NCBI RefSeq assembly: GCF_009834535.1
Contig: NC_045697.1
Location: 67,210,001 to 67,274,000, forward strand
Direction of reading: 5' to 3'
Source of the DNA: Camelus ferus
Lineage: Eukaryota
Length of the DNA stretch: 64,000 bases
Positions 14,560 through 27,870 of this stretch are shown here, piece by piece. The notes under the pieces were generated by a model. The model did not search any database. It was not told where the DNA came from and was given only the letters and a program-made list of their open reading frames with translations. Positions within the stretch are counted from its first letter, which is position 1. Every line of letters begins with the position of its first letter. Both the position numbers and the translations under genes were made by a program.

Positions 14560-17070
14560 CCTCGCTAATCACTTACCTCCCCACCCGGACCACACTAGCC
14601 TACGCTCAGCGCTCCCCTCCACCTACAACGCCATCGCCCCCAGCGCCTTCGCTCATCAGACGGAATGCAGTCGGTAACCTCGAGTGTCTTAGAATCTCCC
14701 GGGGAGTTGAGGCTATCGCCCCAACTATTCTGTCTTCCAAATTTGTAAAGAGTGTAACCGAGATGATGGGATGCCTGGATTACCTCCTCCGAACGCTGCA
14801 GAAGCTTCCTCCACCCCACCAAACCCCCCAACACCCCCATTCCAGGGGAAAGCTGAGCTGTCTCCCCTGAGCCAACCGAAATGGGCAAGACTCAGGTGGG
14901 CACTCAGCTTGGCCGTAAGGTTGGGGACGCAGATGACCCGAGAAAGACCTGGGAGGAGGGCTCCCTCCTCTCCATCTCCCTTCCACCCAGCTTCCCGAGC
15001 TCAGAAGGCTGGGATCTGCTTCTATCACCTCAAACTCGAGGGGTAATAGGCAATCAGGCCCCCACGCTTCCCCTCCTCCCCTCCTCCCCTCAACTCCCGG
15101 CCAAGCTTCGGCCGTTCCCGGTTTTGCCCAGAGCACTTATTTTTAAGGCTCAGACGCATTAAATTAAAATGTCAGAGTTATAAAGTGGCTGATTACCCCG
15201 GGGAGTTTCGGATTTGGTTTGAACGACCAGTCCGTTTCCTCAGAGCTCCGGGGTTTTAAGTTTCTCCGTCCCCTGCTGGGAGGGAGATGCGGAGAGGCTA
15301 AGAGTGAGGAGGCGTGCACAACCGGGGCCTGCCGCGGGCTGGGTCCGCGGGTCCAGGTGCGCGGTGCATCTCCACAGCGCCCCGGGCAGCTGCCGAGGGG
15401 CACCTGCGATTGTGGGTCCCCGGCTGTAATGGACACATTTCCTTAGCTCGGCGACCTTCGGCATCTGACGTGCTCAGAGACTCACCGTAGATCCCTCAAT
15501 CCTAGAGGCGGCACAGCGTGGGGAGCCTCTGCGCATCAGGGTGCATCTACGGCGTGCCACACAGCCACCCGCACCCAGAGTCTCTCCAAACCTCAGTGTG
15601 CACAACATGCAACAACGTGTGCGTGTGGAGCAGAAAGTGCAAAAGACACTCAAGGCGCCCCCATGCCCAGAGGCAGGCTTGTGTCCACACCCCGTGCGTC
15701 TCTGGCCCATCCGTGCCCATCTCGGAAGATAGATTTAAACTAATAATAACCAAAGCTTCGCGACTAGTTGGGAAAGTAGAATTTAAAGTGGTTTCCAGTT
15801 AAGAGAAACGAGGCGGGCTAAGGAAGCCAGGAGAACCGGGGAAGAGGAGAGGAAGCAAGAAGGAAGGAAGAAGCGAAGGGAGGTGGCCGCGGACCTTGGC
15901 GGACCCCCTTACCTTGAGCCGCCGAGCCGGTGCCGCTGGCGCTGAGCAGGGCCAGGGCAGGTAGCACGAGCATTTGCAGCACGTACCCAAGTCCGAGTCC
16001 GCAACGGGCCGCTGTCGCCCGCAGACCTTTCCTCATCGTCGACAGAGGTGTGTCGGGGGGAACTACACACAGAGGCGCGCCAACAGCGGAAAGCCCCACC
16101 CGGCAGCAGTTGAATCGTGCACCGCGAAACTGTCTGAAGAAATAATGATGACCGAGCGCGACACTCCACTTTCTCCAAGGGCAGAGGCCAAACGAGGGTG
16201 GAGAGGAGACGCTGAGGAGGAGTTTGGAGGTTCCTCTTTCCCTATGCCTTCAAACTGGCGGCTCCGTGAGCGGCTGCTCTGCCCCCACTTGGGAAGTCCG
16301 GGGAGGCGCAAGGCGGACACCTCGCCGCTCTCCCAGCAGCAGGAGCAGCCGCAGCTCCGCCGTGCGCCGAGCCTGGACTGCTCTTCTGGTCCCCTCGCCT
16401 GTGCGGAACACACACAGGCACCGGGAGTGGGGGGGTTGGGGGGGGTAAAGGAGGCGGGGTGGGGGGCGGAGGGAGAGGAAGAGACAGCGGGAGGAGGAGG
16501 GAGCGAGGGGAGGGAGTTGTGCACAGTGAAGAGCCTTCGTCTCCAATCTGTGTTCTCAAGCGGGCGGAGAGGCGTCCCGGCTGCTGCCGCTGCTGGGTGG
16601 CCAAGGAGGGTCACCTCCTAGTGCGGGGCACACGGGCGCGCGGAGGCGCTCGTCGAGGAGGCGCGGAGAGCCCAGCCCAACTCCGCTGGGGGGTGAGGCG
16701 GCGGGAGCGCGCTCGCCGGCGTTATGTAAGCAAGGATTGGCGGGAGCAGCGTGCCCAGAGCCGGAGGTGGAGAGCGGCTGCTGGTTTATCCGCGGAAGCT
16801 GAGGCGAGAGAGACCCGAGAAGAGGTGGATTCAGAGAGTGCGAACGCGCCTGCCTCCCGCGGTGCTCCAGACCTGGACTCAGAGAGCGCAGCGGGAGCGC
16901 CCCGAGCCACTTGGCTATGTCCGGCGGAGCTCAGCCTGCTGCCTGCCAGCTTCCCCACGGCGCTGCCAGAGCCTGAGCCTGAGCCAGACTCCCCTGGACT
17001 AGACTCGCTCTACGACTTCGGGTCTTGCGATTGATTAAGCCGGGTTCGGTCTTGAGCCGAAGTCCTGCGT
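14560..17070. promoter_or_regulatory. CpG island / UNC5C promoter and 5' UTR
   Basis: Abrupt rise in GC and CpG content against AT-rich flanks, with GC-box-like GGCGGGG/GGGCGG motifs and G-runs at 16424-16470. It surrounds UNC5C exon 1. The TSS cannot be fixed from sequence and is probably a few hundred nt upstream of the ATG. Confidence 0.9.
15913..16036 (-). CDS. UNC5C: Netrin receptor UNC5C, coding part of exon 1 (signal peptide; 41 codons + 1 nt)
   Basis: Minus-strand translation from ATG 16036 gives MRKGLRATAARCGLGLGYVLQMLVLPALALLSASGTGSAAQ. This matches the mammalian UNC5C N-terminus as I recall it (human has YLLQ at the YVLQ position). It ends at CAAG|GTAAG (plus-strand cttac 15908-15912), is 124 nt long and lies inside a CpG island. 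Confidence 0.96.
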
Positions 17071-18264
17071 GGCAAGAAAAAGGGCATAAATCTTTTGCAG
17101 TGTCCCAACCCGCTGCAGTCTTGGGGTTGTCAGCACCACTCAGATTGTTTTATGCTCTTGGGCGCCTGTGACCTCTCTAGTGGAACAGAGACTAAAAGCT
17201 GAAGGAAAACTCTTCAACACACCTTTATTTGCGTGCATCTTTGGTGGCTGGCAAGGCTGAGCATGTAAAGGGTGGTAAGATGACACCAGGAGAAACTCCC
17301 AGAAACAATGCACAACAAAACTTACAGATATTCACGTAAAGTGATGGTGGAACCTATGACATGTTTTCCAGATTCCTAACGGTGTAAGGACTGAAACTGC
17401 TATGAATTTTTATTTTTATTTTAATTTTTCTTCAGGAAAGAATTGTCTGTATAGCTGGGTTGTGGATCCTGTTGTAATGATGAAGGGAGAATGTAAGAAT
17501 GGGTGGATAAAATTAGGAGAGGCTGGACAAAAGGAAAGTGGATGGATTAAAAGTTCAGTACACACTGGCACACTGACCTGGCTAGAAGGAAAGCACTTCC
17601 CAAGATTAGTACATTTCTCAAATAATAATAAATAATATATCAGGGAAATTTTAAGCTCTTGGTGCCAAGGGGGAAAGGTATAAACACACACAGGCAGGAA
17701 GCTTGTGGTCTGATCTTGGCTGTGGTCCTAAGTCATTCTGTTTTCCTTGACAGATCAGGTAAACTGCATGTCTCAGTTTCTTCATCTGTGAAATATTTTA
17801 TTAGATGGTTTCAAAGTTCCATGATTATGCCTGCCAAGCTCCATCTAAACCTCTAGCCAATAAGACTTGTCTTGGATGAGTCTGGTAGAACTGAAAAGGT
17901 CATTCTTCGGCAAAGACATTGACAAATCTAGCCATTTCTTATTTCTGTGGAGGCACAGGCTGCCATACTAAAATCACTTCTTCATCCTCTTCAGCTTCCC
18001 CATATTTTGGTCAGAATTTAAGAAGTTCCTGTGTCAGACTGGGTTTAATTCTTAGCATTTCTTAATACTAGCTGACTCAACAAAAAAATAAAGCTCGATG
18101 GCTCAGTTTCTTAATCTGTAAGATGGCCCTAGTTGCAGTTACTATCTTTGGGATTTTGTCAAAAATAAATGAGTTAGACATATGTAAAGTAACTGAAACA
18201 TGAAATTGTTAGCTGCTATTCTTACCATTTATAAAAGATTTCCCCAGATGCATGACAGCTAGAC

Positions 18265-18450
18265 CAGTGCTGTCCAACAGAACATTCCACAATGAGAAAC
18301 ATGTTTGTATCCATGTTCTCCAAAATGGTAGTCATTAGACACATGGGGCTATTGAGCGCTTACATGTGACTAGTTTAAATTGGGAATATTTATGTAATTT
18401 TTAAATTTTAATTGTCACATGGTTAGGGGCTACCACATTGGACAGTACAG
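18265..18450. mobile_element. MER3-like hAT-Charlie MITE
   Basis: Termini CAGTGCTGTCCAA ... TTGGACAGTACAG, internal palindromic arms (CACATG) and CTAGAC on both flanks. Confidence 0.75.
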
Positions 18451-19194
18451 CTAGACAACTCATAACCTGTCATTTATTTTGAGGGTGACATCACCAGAAG
18501 GCTTATGATTATATTTTATATTTGTCTTCACAATTTTTCCAAGAAAGACAGCAGCTTAAATACTAAGAAAGAAACTTCACGTATACTTACTATATTAACA
18601 ACACTTACAAGTTACTTGTTTATTCATTTGCAATTTTACTGCCTATCTTCTCTAACTAGACTTTAACTCTTTTTAAGGCAGAGGCTTTGCCTTGTTTATC
18701 ATTTCATCCCCAGCTCCTAGCACAGAGCCCAATATATAGTTGGCACTCCATCAGTTAGTATTGGTTGATTGATTGCCAAAAAGGCTCAATACGGAAGAAT
18801 CCTCAAAGTCTAGTTAGTTAAATATAATTAAATTGTCACATAATTCAGTTTGGATGACTGAAGTGCCCAATGATAGACACTGCATAAAATTAATTCTTTG
18901 AAAGAAAAAGTAAGAGACAAGAAGGGGAAAAGTAGTTTAATATTGAAATTCAGCCCAAAGAGAGCAGGAGAATGGTTTGAGAAATGGTATGTAGAGAAAC
19001 GGAGTGGAAAAGGGAGGGAAGAGTGCACAAGAACAAGTACAGGAAAAGTAGCAAACTGATCAGATTTTCTAAGCAAGTGACTTTCCTACAATCTATTATT
19101 GCAGGTGGAACTTGCCTTGTGTATCAACATCCTGCCTAGTTTTTTCTTCATGGAAGAGATAATGCAGTGTTGCATAGACTTCTGAGCATAGAAC

Positions 19195-19530
19195 TGCTAA
19201 CTTACTTCACTTAGACCTGGGCTCAAATGTGACTGCTTAGAGAGATCTTCTTTGACCATTTTCCTAAAATAGCACCCACCACATCACTTTCAATTGCATT
19301 TACTTGCTTTGATTTTCCATATAGCACTTATAAGAACACATACATGTCTATGTTTAAGAATACACAGCTGTATATGTATATGGTATGTGCTCCAATAGAA
19401 TGTATGCTTTGCAAGGGCAGGGATTTTTTTCTTAGTACTTTCACTGGTCTATACCCAGAACCTAGAAAAGTTTCTGGCACATAATAGGTGGCCAATAAAC
19501 ATTTCTTCAATGTTGAATGGATGAATGAGA
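19195..19530 (+). mobile_element. L2 LINE 3' end
   Basis: TAGAATGTATGCTTTGCAAGGGCAGGGA...CCTAGAAAAGTTTCTGGCACATAATAGGTGGCCAATAAACATTT...GAATGGATGAATG. Confidence 0.8.
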
Positions 19531-20357
19531 ACCAATGGATCTTAAAACTGAGTTGAGTCCTTGATTAAAACTTCTTTTTTCCACTGAGACAAATTTTCAA
19601 CTTACGAATAGGGTTTTCTAGTTGTTGAATAAAATCAGATTTGGGCAAATTTTCACTAAAAATGAATTTGAATATGACTTTTTCAGGATTGGAATACTGC
19701 AGATGTTTAAGGAGTAGATATAAAATTATCTCATTTTGAAAAATAAAAGCTTCATTTAAATCCGTGTACAAGGGTTTCCTTTTCCTTGGCTGCAGTGAGT
19801 GGAGAATTAACTCTGGGATAATAAATCCCAGTGACAGGTGCTAATGGGAATTAAGCATGCAAATCCCCTGCATATCCCTCCAGAAATCTACACCAAGAAA
19901 AGTATGCTATTTAGCATGTATGCTGCTTAGTTATAATATTATTTACTCTAAACTAGTATGAAAAAAAAATTCAGCTTAAAGTTTAAGAGATAAAAAACAA
20001 TGAATTTCTGATTATATTTCAATTATAGAAATATTTTCATTTTATCTCTCATATGTTTGATTCCCTACTTTTTGTACCTTAATATGTTTTTAAAAATAAA
20101 TCATATCAGAGACATTATTAATTGGCAACATAGAAGAAGGAGAATTTTCTTGACTATAAATAGGATGGTGATGAGGAAATTCACTAGAAGTTGAGGGCCT
20201 ATAGACCTCAGGTAAAATTACTGATAGACATCAAGTAAGGAGAGCCAGATGGTCTACATTCGGTTGATTCAATGCCCTTTCTCTGCCTCAGCCCACAGAA
20301 GGGAATTTGGCCTGCCATAAACCTGTACACTCCGGGGCTTCATTGCTTTATATTAAT

Positions 20358-21060
20358 TGTATTAGACAAGACCCTTCTGTTGCAAGTGATAGAAACCCAA
20401 CTCAAACCAGCTTAAGCAAAACAGATAATTTTTTACTGTACATAACTCTAATGACAAAAATTAAAATATCCACATTAGTAACAGCTAACAGTTATTGATC
20501 ACACACTGTGTGTCAGGCAATGTTGTAAGCTCTTTACATGTCCTATTATATATATAAGTATATATGTATATAAGTATATGCTAGTATAATATAAGTATTA
20601 TTACTATCTTCTTTTCCTATGTGAGGAAACAGAGGGGTTAAGTAACTGCCCAGTCTGATTTCACGGATCATGTTCTAGATCCAAAAACTTAACTACCACC
20701 ACTCATGGGACTTAGTCTCTCCTCAGCTCCCTCCAATCTCTTGGTTTTGGCTTCATTCACAAACCCATGACATCCACACTGGGATGCCTGGAAGTTCCAG
20801 TTTTATATTGCCTTTAACATTATTAGTATCAGTACAAAAGTCATTCTCATTCCCATCTAGCCAACAAAATCCCAGAATTATGTCCCTGGCCTATCTCAGG
20901 ACACATATCCAAACCTGAGCCAATCACCATGGCCAAATAATTGAGATATACGGAATGGCAAGGCCTGGATCACATGGGGAGAAGGGATTCCCCAAGAGGA
21001 AAATCAATATACTGAGAAGGAAGATTAATAGATGCTAAGAAAATGGATGTAGGGCAGACA
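20358..21060 (-). mobile_element. MLT1-type MaLR solo LTR interrupted by a MIR (~20480-20680)
   Basis: GTTGCAAGTGATAGAAACCCAACTCAAACCAGCTTAAGCAAAA and CCTGAGCCAATCACCATGGCC...GGCCTGGATCACATG...GATGCT...GGGCAGACAAAA are MLT1K/L-like. Confidence 0.6.
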
Positions 21061-21510
21061 AAATAACTATCCCTGTTCTGTGCTGCAGAGAGGGAGAATG
21101 AGTTCTTCTCCAGGCTTGAGTTTTGTGCCACAGCACATCACTGGAGCAAATGAAGAGCATTAATTAAGGAGGACTGAAGAACAGGTGCTAGTCGATTACT
21201 TTTTCCATTAACTGACTGGGAAAATTGAGTACTATTCAATTCAGTTCTGTTCAATTCACAGCAATTCAATTAAGTTCAACTCAACTCAGTTCAATCCAAT
21301 TCTGAAAACTTTTACTCAGCTCTTGTTATACTGAGGCTTCATTCTAGGATCCCTGGAGAAGAATAGTCATGAATAAGGGTCCTTGTGCCCCAAGGGCTTA
21401 TAGTCTAATGAACAATATAGATGAATAAACAGAAGAATTTCACATGAATACCAAAATGTGGTGGACACACAAAGATACGAAAACATCTCAACTAGAGAAT
21501 ATTACCTAGC

Positions 21511-21960
21511 AGTTAAGACTTAAGCACCTGTGTATCAGTAATACTAAGCCTAACACAAAAGGTGCATTTATCTCTAACAATAAGAAATCTGGGAGTGGGC
21601 AGTCCAGGGCCACTATGGACTAAAAGCAGCTCAGTTACCTCTTTTCGTGGCTTGGTTCCATATTCCATAATGTGACATTTCATTCTAATTTCTTGATGGC
21701 TTTCCCACCTCCAGGCGTCATGGTCCACTTCCCAGGCAGGAAGAAGAAGGCCCCAGGGGATGCAGCCAGCATAGGTGCCTTCCGAATAACATTTCTGGAA
21801 TTTCTCAGCCCAGGGAGTTTACATTTTCTAAGTGGCCTGTCAAACGGCCCTCCTAGATCAGTCACATGTAGTGGACAGGAAAAGGGTGCTGAGAATGCTG
21901 GACGGATCATCTATGTTGGACACAGTTCTACTGGACGGGAGGGATAAGAGGAAGAAGGCA
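21511..21960 (-). mobile_element. MLT1-type MaLR solo LTR
   Basis: AAGAAATCTGGGAGTGGGCAGTCCAGGGC...CCTCCAGGCGTCATGGTCCACTTCCCAGGCAGGAAGAAG...GTCACATG, MLT1J/I-like. Confidence 0.5.
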
Positions 21961-22204
21961 CAAAAAGAAAGACATGAAGATAGAAGGTACAGAATATTTA
22001 GAGAATTGGAAGTAGATGGGCAGTTATTCTTCTGTCTTTAGTTGTGTAAAAGGGAGGAGTGTTTTCTATCACGCTGGGAAATAAAAGGATGGAACAGAAT
22101 ATATTCTTCAGTTCACTAGAGAGTATTCATTGAAAATTTGGGAACTGCATAGCACTGAGAAAGCATCTTCTCCTCAAGGACTTTATCGTTGAGGTGTAGA
22201 GATA

Positions 22205-22470
22205 TTTACAAAAAAGAAGAAATGGAGCAAAAAAGGTAGGTTGACACAAAAGACTAAGAAGGCAGAAAAGAAAGAGGGAAAGGAGGAAGTAAGAATGCAA
22301 GGAACAAAAGAAGGAAGAAATGGGAAAGGAAAAGAAGAAAGAGAATAAAAAGAAGAAATAAAGAGAAAGAAGAAAGTTCAAAGTGATTTCTGCATTTGTG
22401 TGGCAGGCTGCTGTAACTGCTATAAGAAGGAGAAAACAATAAAAGGCCCAATAAAAATTAGAAGGAAAAA
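22205..22470. repeat. GA-rich low-complexity tract
   Basis: Nearly pure purine runs (AAAGAAGGAAGAAA...). Confidence 0.8.
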
Positions 22471-23249
22471 TAATAGTATATGTAATTTAGAATATTATCA
22501 GAGATAGATAGTATAGTTTCTTGCTGACTAGAGTTCTTCAAATACCTCATTTTATTTTAAATTTATCTGCCAAACTAGATCACAGTTTTTGTTTTCTTTT
22601 GTTTTATTTTCATGTTAAGAATTGAAGAGATAAGATACTTTATGGAACGGTGGGAAGATTGTGATCAGGAAATACAGATTTAAGTCTCCATTTATATAAA
22701 TTATTTGCTCAGATATTCCTGCAACTTCTTTGCACTTTAATTTCTTTGTTATGAAAAACAGGAACAATATGAACTCATAAAGAGCCCTGAAGACGAAATG
22801 TGGTTGAAAGTACTTTCTAATGTGTCTGTACTTAGGGCATTATTATGTTAAGAATGTTCTGTGCTGTCTACAGGACTTAATTTGCATAATCATCTAAAGA
22901 ATAGTATTAGTGATGTGGCTCTCCATACATGAATTATACCACCTTAGTTTAAACTTGGAGCTTTCTCAGTATCTTCTTCACTTTTACCCACATCACCTAT
23001 TCCATGACTAAATCCATCCAGTGTTGCTACTGAAAGGTCCTGGAGACCTATCCCCTCAGCCACGCAATATATTGGCATGTTCCCCTGGTCTCTCGCAGTT
23101 ACTTCCTTCATAGCCAGTCTGCCCTCACATTCCAATCCATGCTCTTCACACACCCCAGAATCACCTTATAATATGTAAATCCGGTCATTTTACTGTCCTA
23201 AAAGACTGTCCATTGATTCCTCATCGTCTTAGGCCTCCTTTCCCAAAGT

Positions 23250-23761
23250 CCCTGTCCTTAAAAAAGGAGTTCTGGAGTAAACATAGTATGCTAGATTGCA
23301 TTATTCCAGATTTTTTACTCCTCTGCTAACAGATGTAACTTTTGCCCTTGAAGTCCGAACCCACCACAGTGGGATGGAGTTCTCTGCTGTATTATTGATG
23401 GTGGCTTAGTAATGAGACTGGCTTTTACCAATGAATGTGGGCAGATGCTACAGAGTGCCAGTTTCTTCCATTGCATACTTCTACTCATTTCGATGTACTC
23501 CTGCCAGTAGGCATGAGAAGAACATTCCCTTAGGTAGCCACCACTCAAAGTGGATGAGAGACCCACAAAGAGGTGTGCATCCTGGAGCCTGGTATCTGCT
23601 GTCTGGAGCCCAGAGCCTGAGTCTATCCCAGTTTAACGAAGCTGAAGCATACTCAGTAACCCAGGAGCAAGGGATTTTTAAAAAGCTTGTTGAGTTCAGC
23701 TACCAAGTTCTGGGGTGATACTTTATGCAGCATTATCACAGCAAGAAATGCTTGATATGCA
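23250..23761 (+). mobile_element. MLT1-type MaLR solo LTR
   Basis: 3' end AAGTTCTGGGGTGATACTTTATGCAGCATTATCACAGCAAGAAATGCTTGATATGCA resembles an MLT1 terminus. Confidence 0.5.
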
Positions 23762-26700
23762 TAGTGTGAGAAATTATGTCCTCAGATCAAGTTAAAGGTA
23801 AATTAGATGGTAATCTCCCCCATGGTGCTAATAAGCTAGTAGAAAATAAGACAGAGTAGAGAACTAAAGAGGGTGACTCTGAGAAGTGAAGTGCAGTGGG
23901 CAGAGGTACGGAAACATGGCTTTGGGAGGTGAGAGGGACGAGCACTTACTTCAAAATGAAATTAATTTAATAATAGAGTCTTAAATGAGAGCACATTAGG
24001 CCTGGGCCTTGAAAGATAAATAGAATTTATGTTTGTGGCATTTCAGGCAGAAGAAACAAGTGAGGCAAAGGAGGAAAAAAGAGCATAGATGTCAAATACT
24101 AAGTGGCTTTGCTTGAAGTCCAGAAAGCATTATGTGTAATACAATTACTAATTATAATTTTAAAAATTCTTACAGTTAATATTTTTGAACACTCATTAGT
24201 CTGACATCATATATATATATATATATTCATTTGATACACACAGTACTCTATTTGAAGTAGGTATTACTAATATCCTTATTTTAAGCATGAGTATGGAAGT
24301 CAAGACTTAGTGGAATTAAACAACCAGCCCAGCTAAATTAGTGTCACATTGAGATTTGAAATTAAGTTTATCTAGATGCAGGCAAATACACTAAGGTAAA
24401 TTTGGACAGGAACGTAGGACTAATTTTTGAAAGGCTTTTTGTAGTTTGCTAAGTGGTCTATCCTGTGTTATTCATATTCTAGAAAGCTACCAAAGGGCTT
24501 TGGGCAATGAAATGCTATTCTGACCATCCTTGCTTGTATCAATGTGCAGAATGAATTAAAGTGGGAAGAAAAGTCATGGAGTATTTTCTCATTATTAAGA
24601 TGAAAAGCAGTGAGAGCTGGAACACAAGTAGCAGACAGAAAACAAGTGAAGAGGGTATTTAGTTGGGATGGTGGGTTACTAATTCCAGAACACAAGATGA
24701 AAAATTTATATCATTAAATATTCATGACCTAGTTAAGAACGAACTATGTAATCCTGAAAAGCTACTTGCAACAGTAAACTATCCTCAACTTAATTAAAAG
24801 CCTTAAAGAATTAGAAATAAGATTTAAAGGGTGAGAGGGACACATTAATTTCTTAGGACTACTTGTGTTCATCAGGGCTAGAAATGGTTAGTTCAAGCAA
24901 TATTGTAATGATTCACTAGCATGTTGGTTATATAATGAGATTTTTTTTTAATAGTCCCTAATACTGTGCCTGGTACAGAAAAGATAATCAACAGACATTT
25001 AAAGAATAAATGAATAATAAGAAAATTTTATAATATATAACCTAAACCATTTATTATATATGAAACATATTTTACTTTCAATTTTTTCCTGAATTTATTT
25101 ATGAGTTCATTGTTAGAAATGTGTTGTGCTTTATTTTACAGAAACATAAATTATGGTCTAGAATTCATCCCACAAGATCATGTTAATCACACATAATTAT
25201 ATGGAAAACAATGATATTACAGAATATGTAATTCTATCAAAAAGTCAAAAATATAATTTATAATTAAATCAGATATGCAGCAGAACATCTGATCTTTGTT
25301 CTTATGGTATAAATAAAGAAGAACAATGAAATATTATTGAGATTCCTAAGTTCATGATATTTCCAGCAACTCTCAACAATGAAGCCATTATTTCTACTTC
25401 ATGTTTAATTTCAATTGGAAATAGAATTTTATTTTCTTTCTAAATAAAGAATTTTATTTTCTGTAGATGTTGCACTAGTATATGGTTGTTTTTTGTTTAT
25501 TTTTTGGTTAACAGATTAAATTACAAGGAAAAAAGAAAGTAAAATTGAGGAACACAAATGAAAAATTCAAGGAAAGAAAGAAGGAGTTAAATAATTCAAG
25601 TGAGAATTTTCTAGAGGTATTTTAAACAGAACTGTGTGAAAGAGAAGTTAAAAAGAATGAGATAAATGGCTCACATGATTACCTACATGGTCCACCAGAT
25701 GGCCCCACTGGCCAAGAACAGCCTGGTATTGTAGAGTAGGTGTCAGTGGGCAACCTAGCATTAAGAGTTATGAGAGTATTAAGCATTAAGATCTATGAGA
25801 GTATTACAAATGAGGCACTCTTAAGAATAAAGGCTTTAAGATTATTTGCTTGCTTATTTACATGTGTTGCTTCTCTACACTTTGAGATTCTCAAGAATTT
25901 TCCCCTACCTTAGTAATACTTGAATAAGCAACATCACCTACCCAATATCTAACTGTTAGAAGACCCTAAGAGTGATTACATAATTAAAAATAAGTCTAAA
26001 AATGAGTAAATGATATAATAATTTATGTGCATTTTCACTTAATCAATGTTATTTTTTGTTGTTGTTTGCTATTTTATTTCTTTTTAGGACTGTAAAGATC
26101 TTTTGATGATTATTATTCTCCAAGTTAAATTTCACCTTACATTTTTGACACTAGTGAGATCAAAGGGAACCTCATTCTTCATAGAATTTTTTTTTTTCCT
26201 GTGGACACGTTGCTTTTTAAATATACAAGGAAATCACTTACAGGCAATATTTTACTTTTCATTTTATTGACCACTCCAACCAAAGGCTATAAATTGTGCT
26301 GGTTAGAGATTAGGAGGAGTCTATTGGTCCATTTTGTGATTGTGGGAGACAGGGCCAAATAGCTTGAAGAAAATCTATTTGAATGTATGATAAGGCTAAA
26401 ATTTGTCAAGAAAATTGAAGATAAGTTATTTGAGGATAGGTGTCAGCATCTGGAGACTGATGTTGGAACCATACCTCTGCCTCTATTCCCTTGCCATGGC
26501 CAACTTTCATTCTCCCAACAATCAAGACTTCTGTCTGGTCACAGGCTAATATCTGGCACATTGACACCTTCAAGTCTCTGCAATTTTTCACGACCTTTAC
26601 TCTGCCTCAAATTTCCTTCCTCACAAATAGATTAACCATTCTTCAAAGTCTAGTTCAAATGCTAACCCAGGTATGAAGCTTCCCCTGCCTGCTACAGCTG

Positions 26701-27629
26701 GAAGTGCTGTACAGCCCTTCTCTGATGTCCACATGCAATTGCACCACCTTCTACCACTATCTCTGTAAACGTATAGTTCCCTTATACTAGTTTATATGGC
26801 CTGTATGATTTGAGTTTCGGTCTCAGACACCTTGGACTCTTTTAAGAACAGCTACCTTGTTGGTTGGCATATGGTAAATGGGTAATAGTTTTTTAATGTG
26901 TTGATAGGCTCTTCTCTTTTGCCTTTTCCTACCTGTCCTTGACCAGGCACTCATCGACCTGGGAAGAGGGGAAAGGTGTAGGAAATGAGTATACTTGCAG
27001 TTAGTGCAGAAATGCATATGGGAAATAATTCATATTTAGTTTCTGAACGCCAACATAAAATTTCTATGTCTGTAGCCAAACAACAGGTTTTTACTTCAGC
27101 TTCTACAGCATAGAGAAGACACTGCTTCTAAATAAGACCAAGACTACTGAACTTGCTGATTCAGAGGCTATAATATTGGGAAGTAAAAAACCCAGAAGTC
27201 CAAATTTCACCATGTCTACCTCCAGGTATTATGGCAGAAATAGAAAGAGAAAGGAAGAGCCAGCACATCAGGTCATTTTCCTACCACTCTCCATGAGGTC
27301 TACAGATGAGGAAGGGGAGTGTGGAAACCCTGAGGATTAAGAGGAGGAAACAGCAAGACCACCTTACATCAACATGATGCACCTCAGTAGATAAATGTTA
27401 CAAAACAGAAACTACTTTGTATTTTGAAGACAATTTCGTGTCAGAGAGGCATCTAGAATACCCTTAATGAGAAAAGACACACAGGGTAGCACTGATTTGA
27501 AAACCATGGTAACTTCCACAGTACTCACTCTGGGAGGCCAGGGCCATGAGCGGGAATCATTGCGTTCTGCAGGGCTAGCAAGACATCTGAGGATGAGCCA
27601 CAGAGCACCAAGGCACCTTGATAGTCACC

Positions 27630-27870
27630 AGGTGTTTCAGAACACAGGCTCTGCAGTGAAAGTGCCTGGGCTCTAAACCCTGCTCTGCCCCTTACTAACT
27701 TTGTGACCTTGGAAAAAATCCATTGTTTTTCATCAGTACTCTTGTCTGTAAACTGGGATACTAACAGTATCTCCTCTATAGTGCTGTTGTAAGAATTGAA
27801 CACATTAATTCACATAAAGACTACTAACCATGCGTGGGATTGAATAAACTTTAATAAATGTTAACTGTTT
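27630..27870 (+). mobile_element. MIR SINE
   Basis: CTGCTCTGCCCCTTACTAACTTTGTGACCTTGG...CTGTAAACTGGGATACTAACAGTA...AATAAATGTTAACT, MIR core and tail. Confidence 0.8.

Larger units (their letters stand above)
1..15912 (-). other. UNC5C: UNC5C intron 1 (5' part; continues beyond the window)
   Basis: Starts at the GT donor after exon 1. I found no UNC5C exon 2 sequence (DDDFFHELPE...) in 1-15912; the region is AT-rich with old repeats. Confidence 0.88.

Noticed and set aside
15974..17034. Long overlapping ORFs in the CpG island (215, 183 and 191 aa, etc.)
   Set aside because: Expected from stop-codon scarcity in GC-rich DNA. They are low-complexity Arg/Gly/Pro/Ala, mostly lack ATG starts and show no recognisable domain. 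Only the UNC5C exon-1 frame has a known product and a splice donor.
22127..22451. Hydrophobic Phe/Leu/Ser-rich 'membrane protein' ORFs
   Set aside because: Translation artefact of the GA-rich low-complexity tract.
26040..26100. Strong plus-strand splice acceptor (TTTCTTTTTAG|GAC)
   Set aside because: T-rich tracts followed by AG are frequent in AT-rich DNA; no matching ORF or donor was identified.
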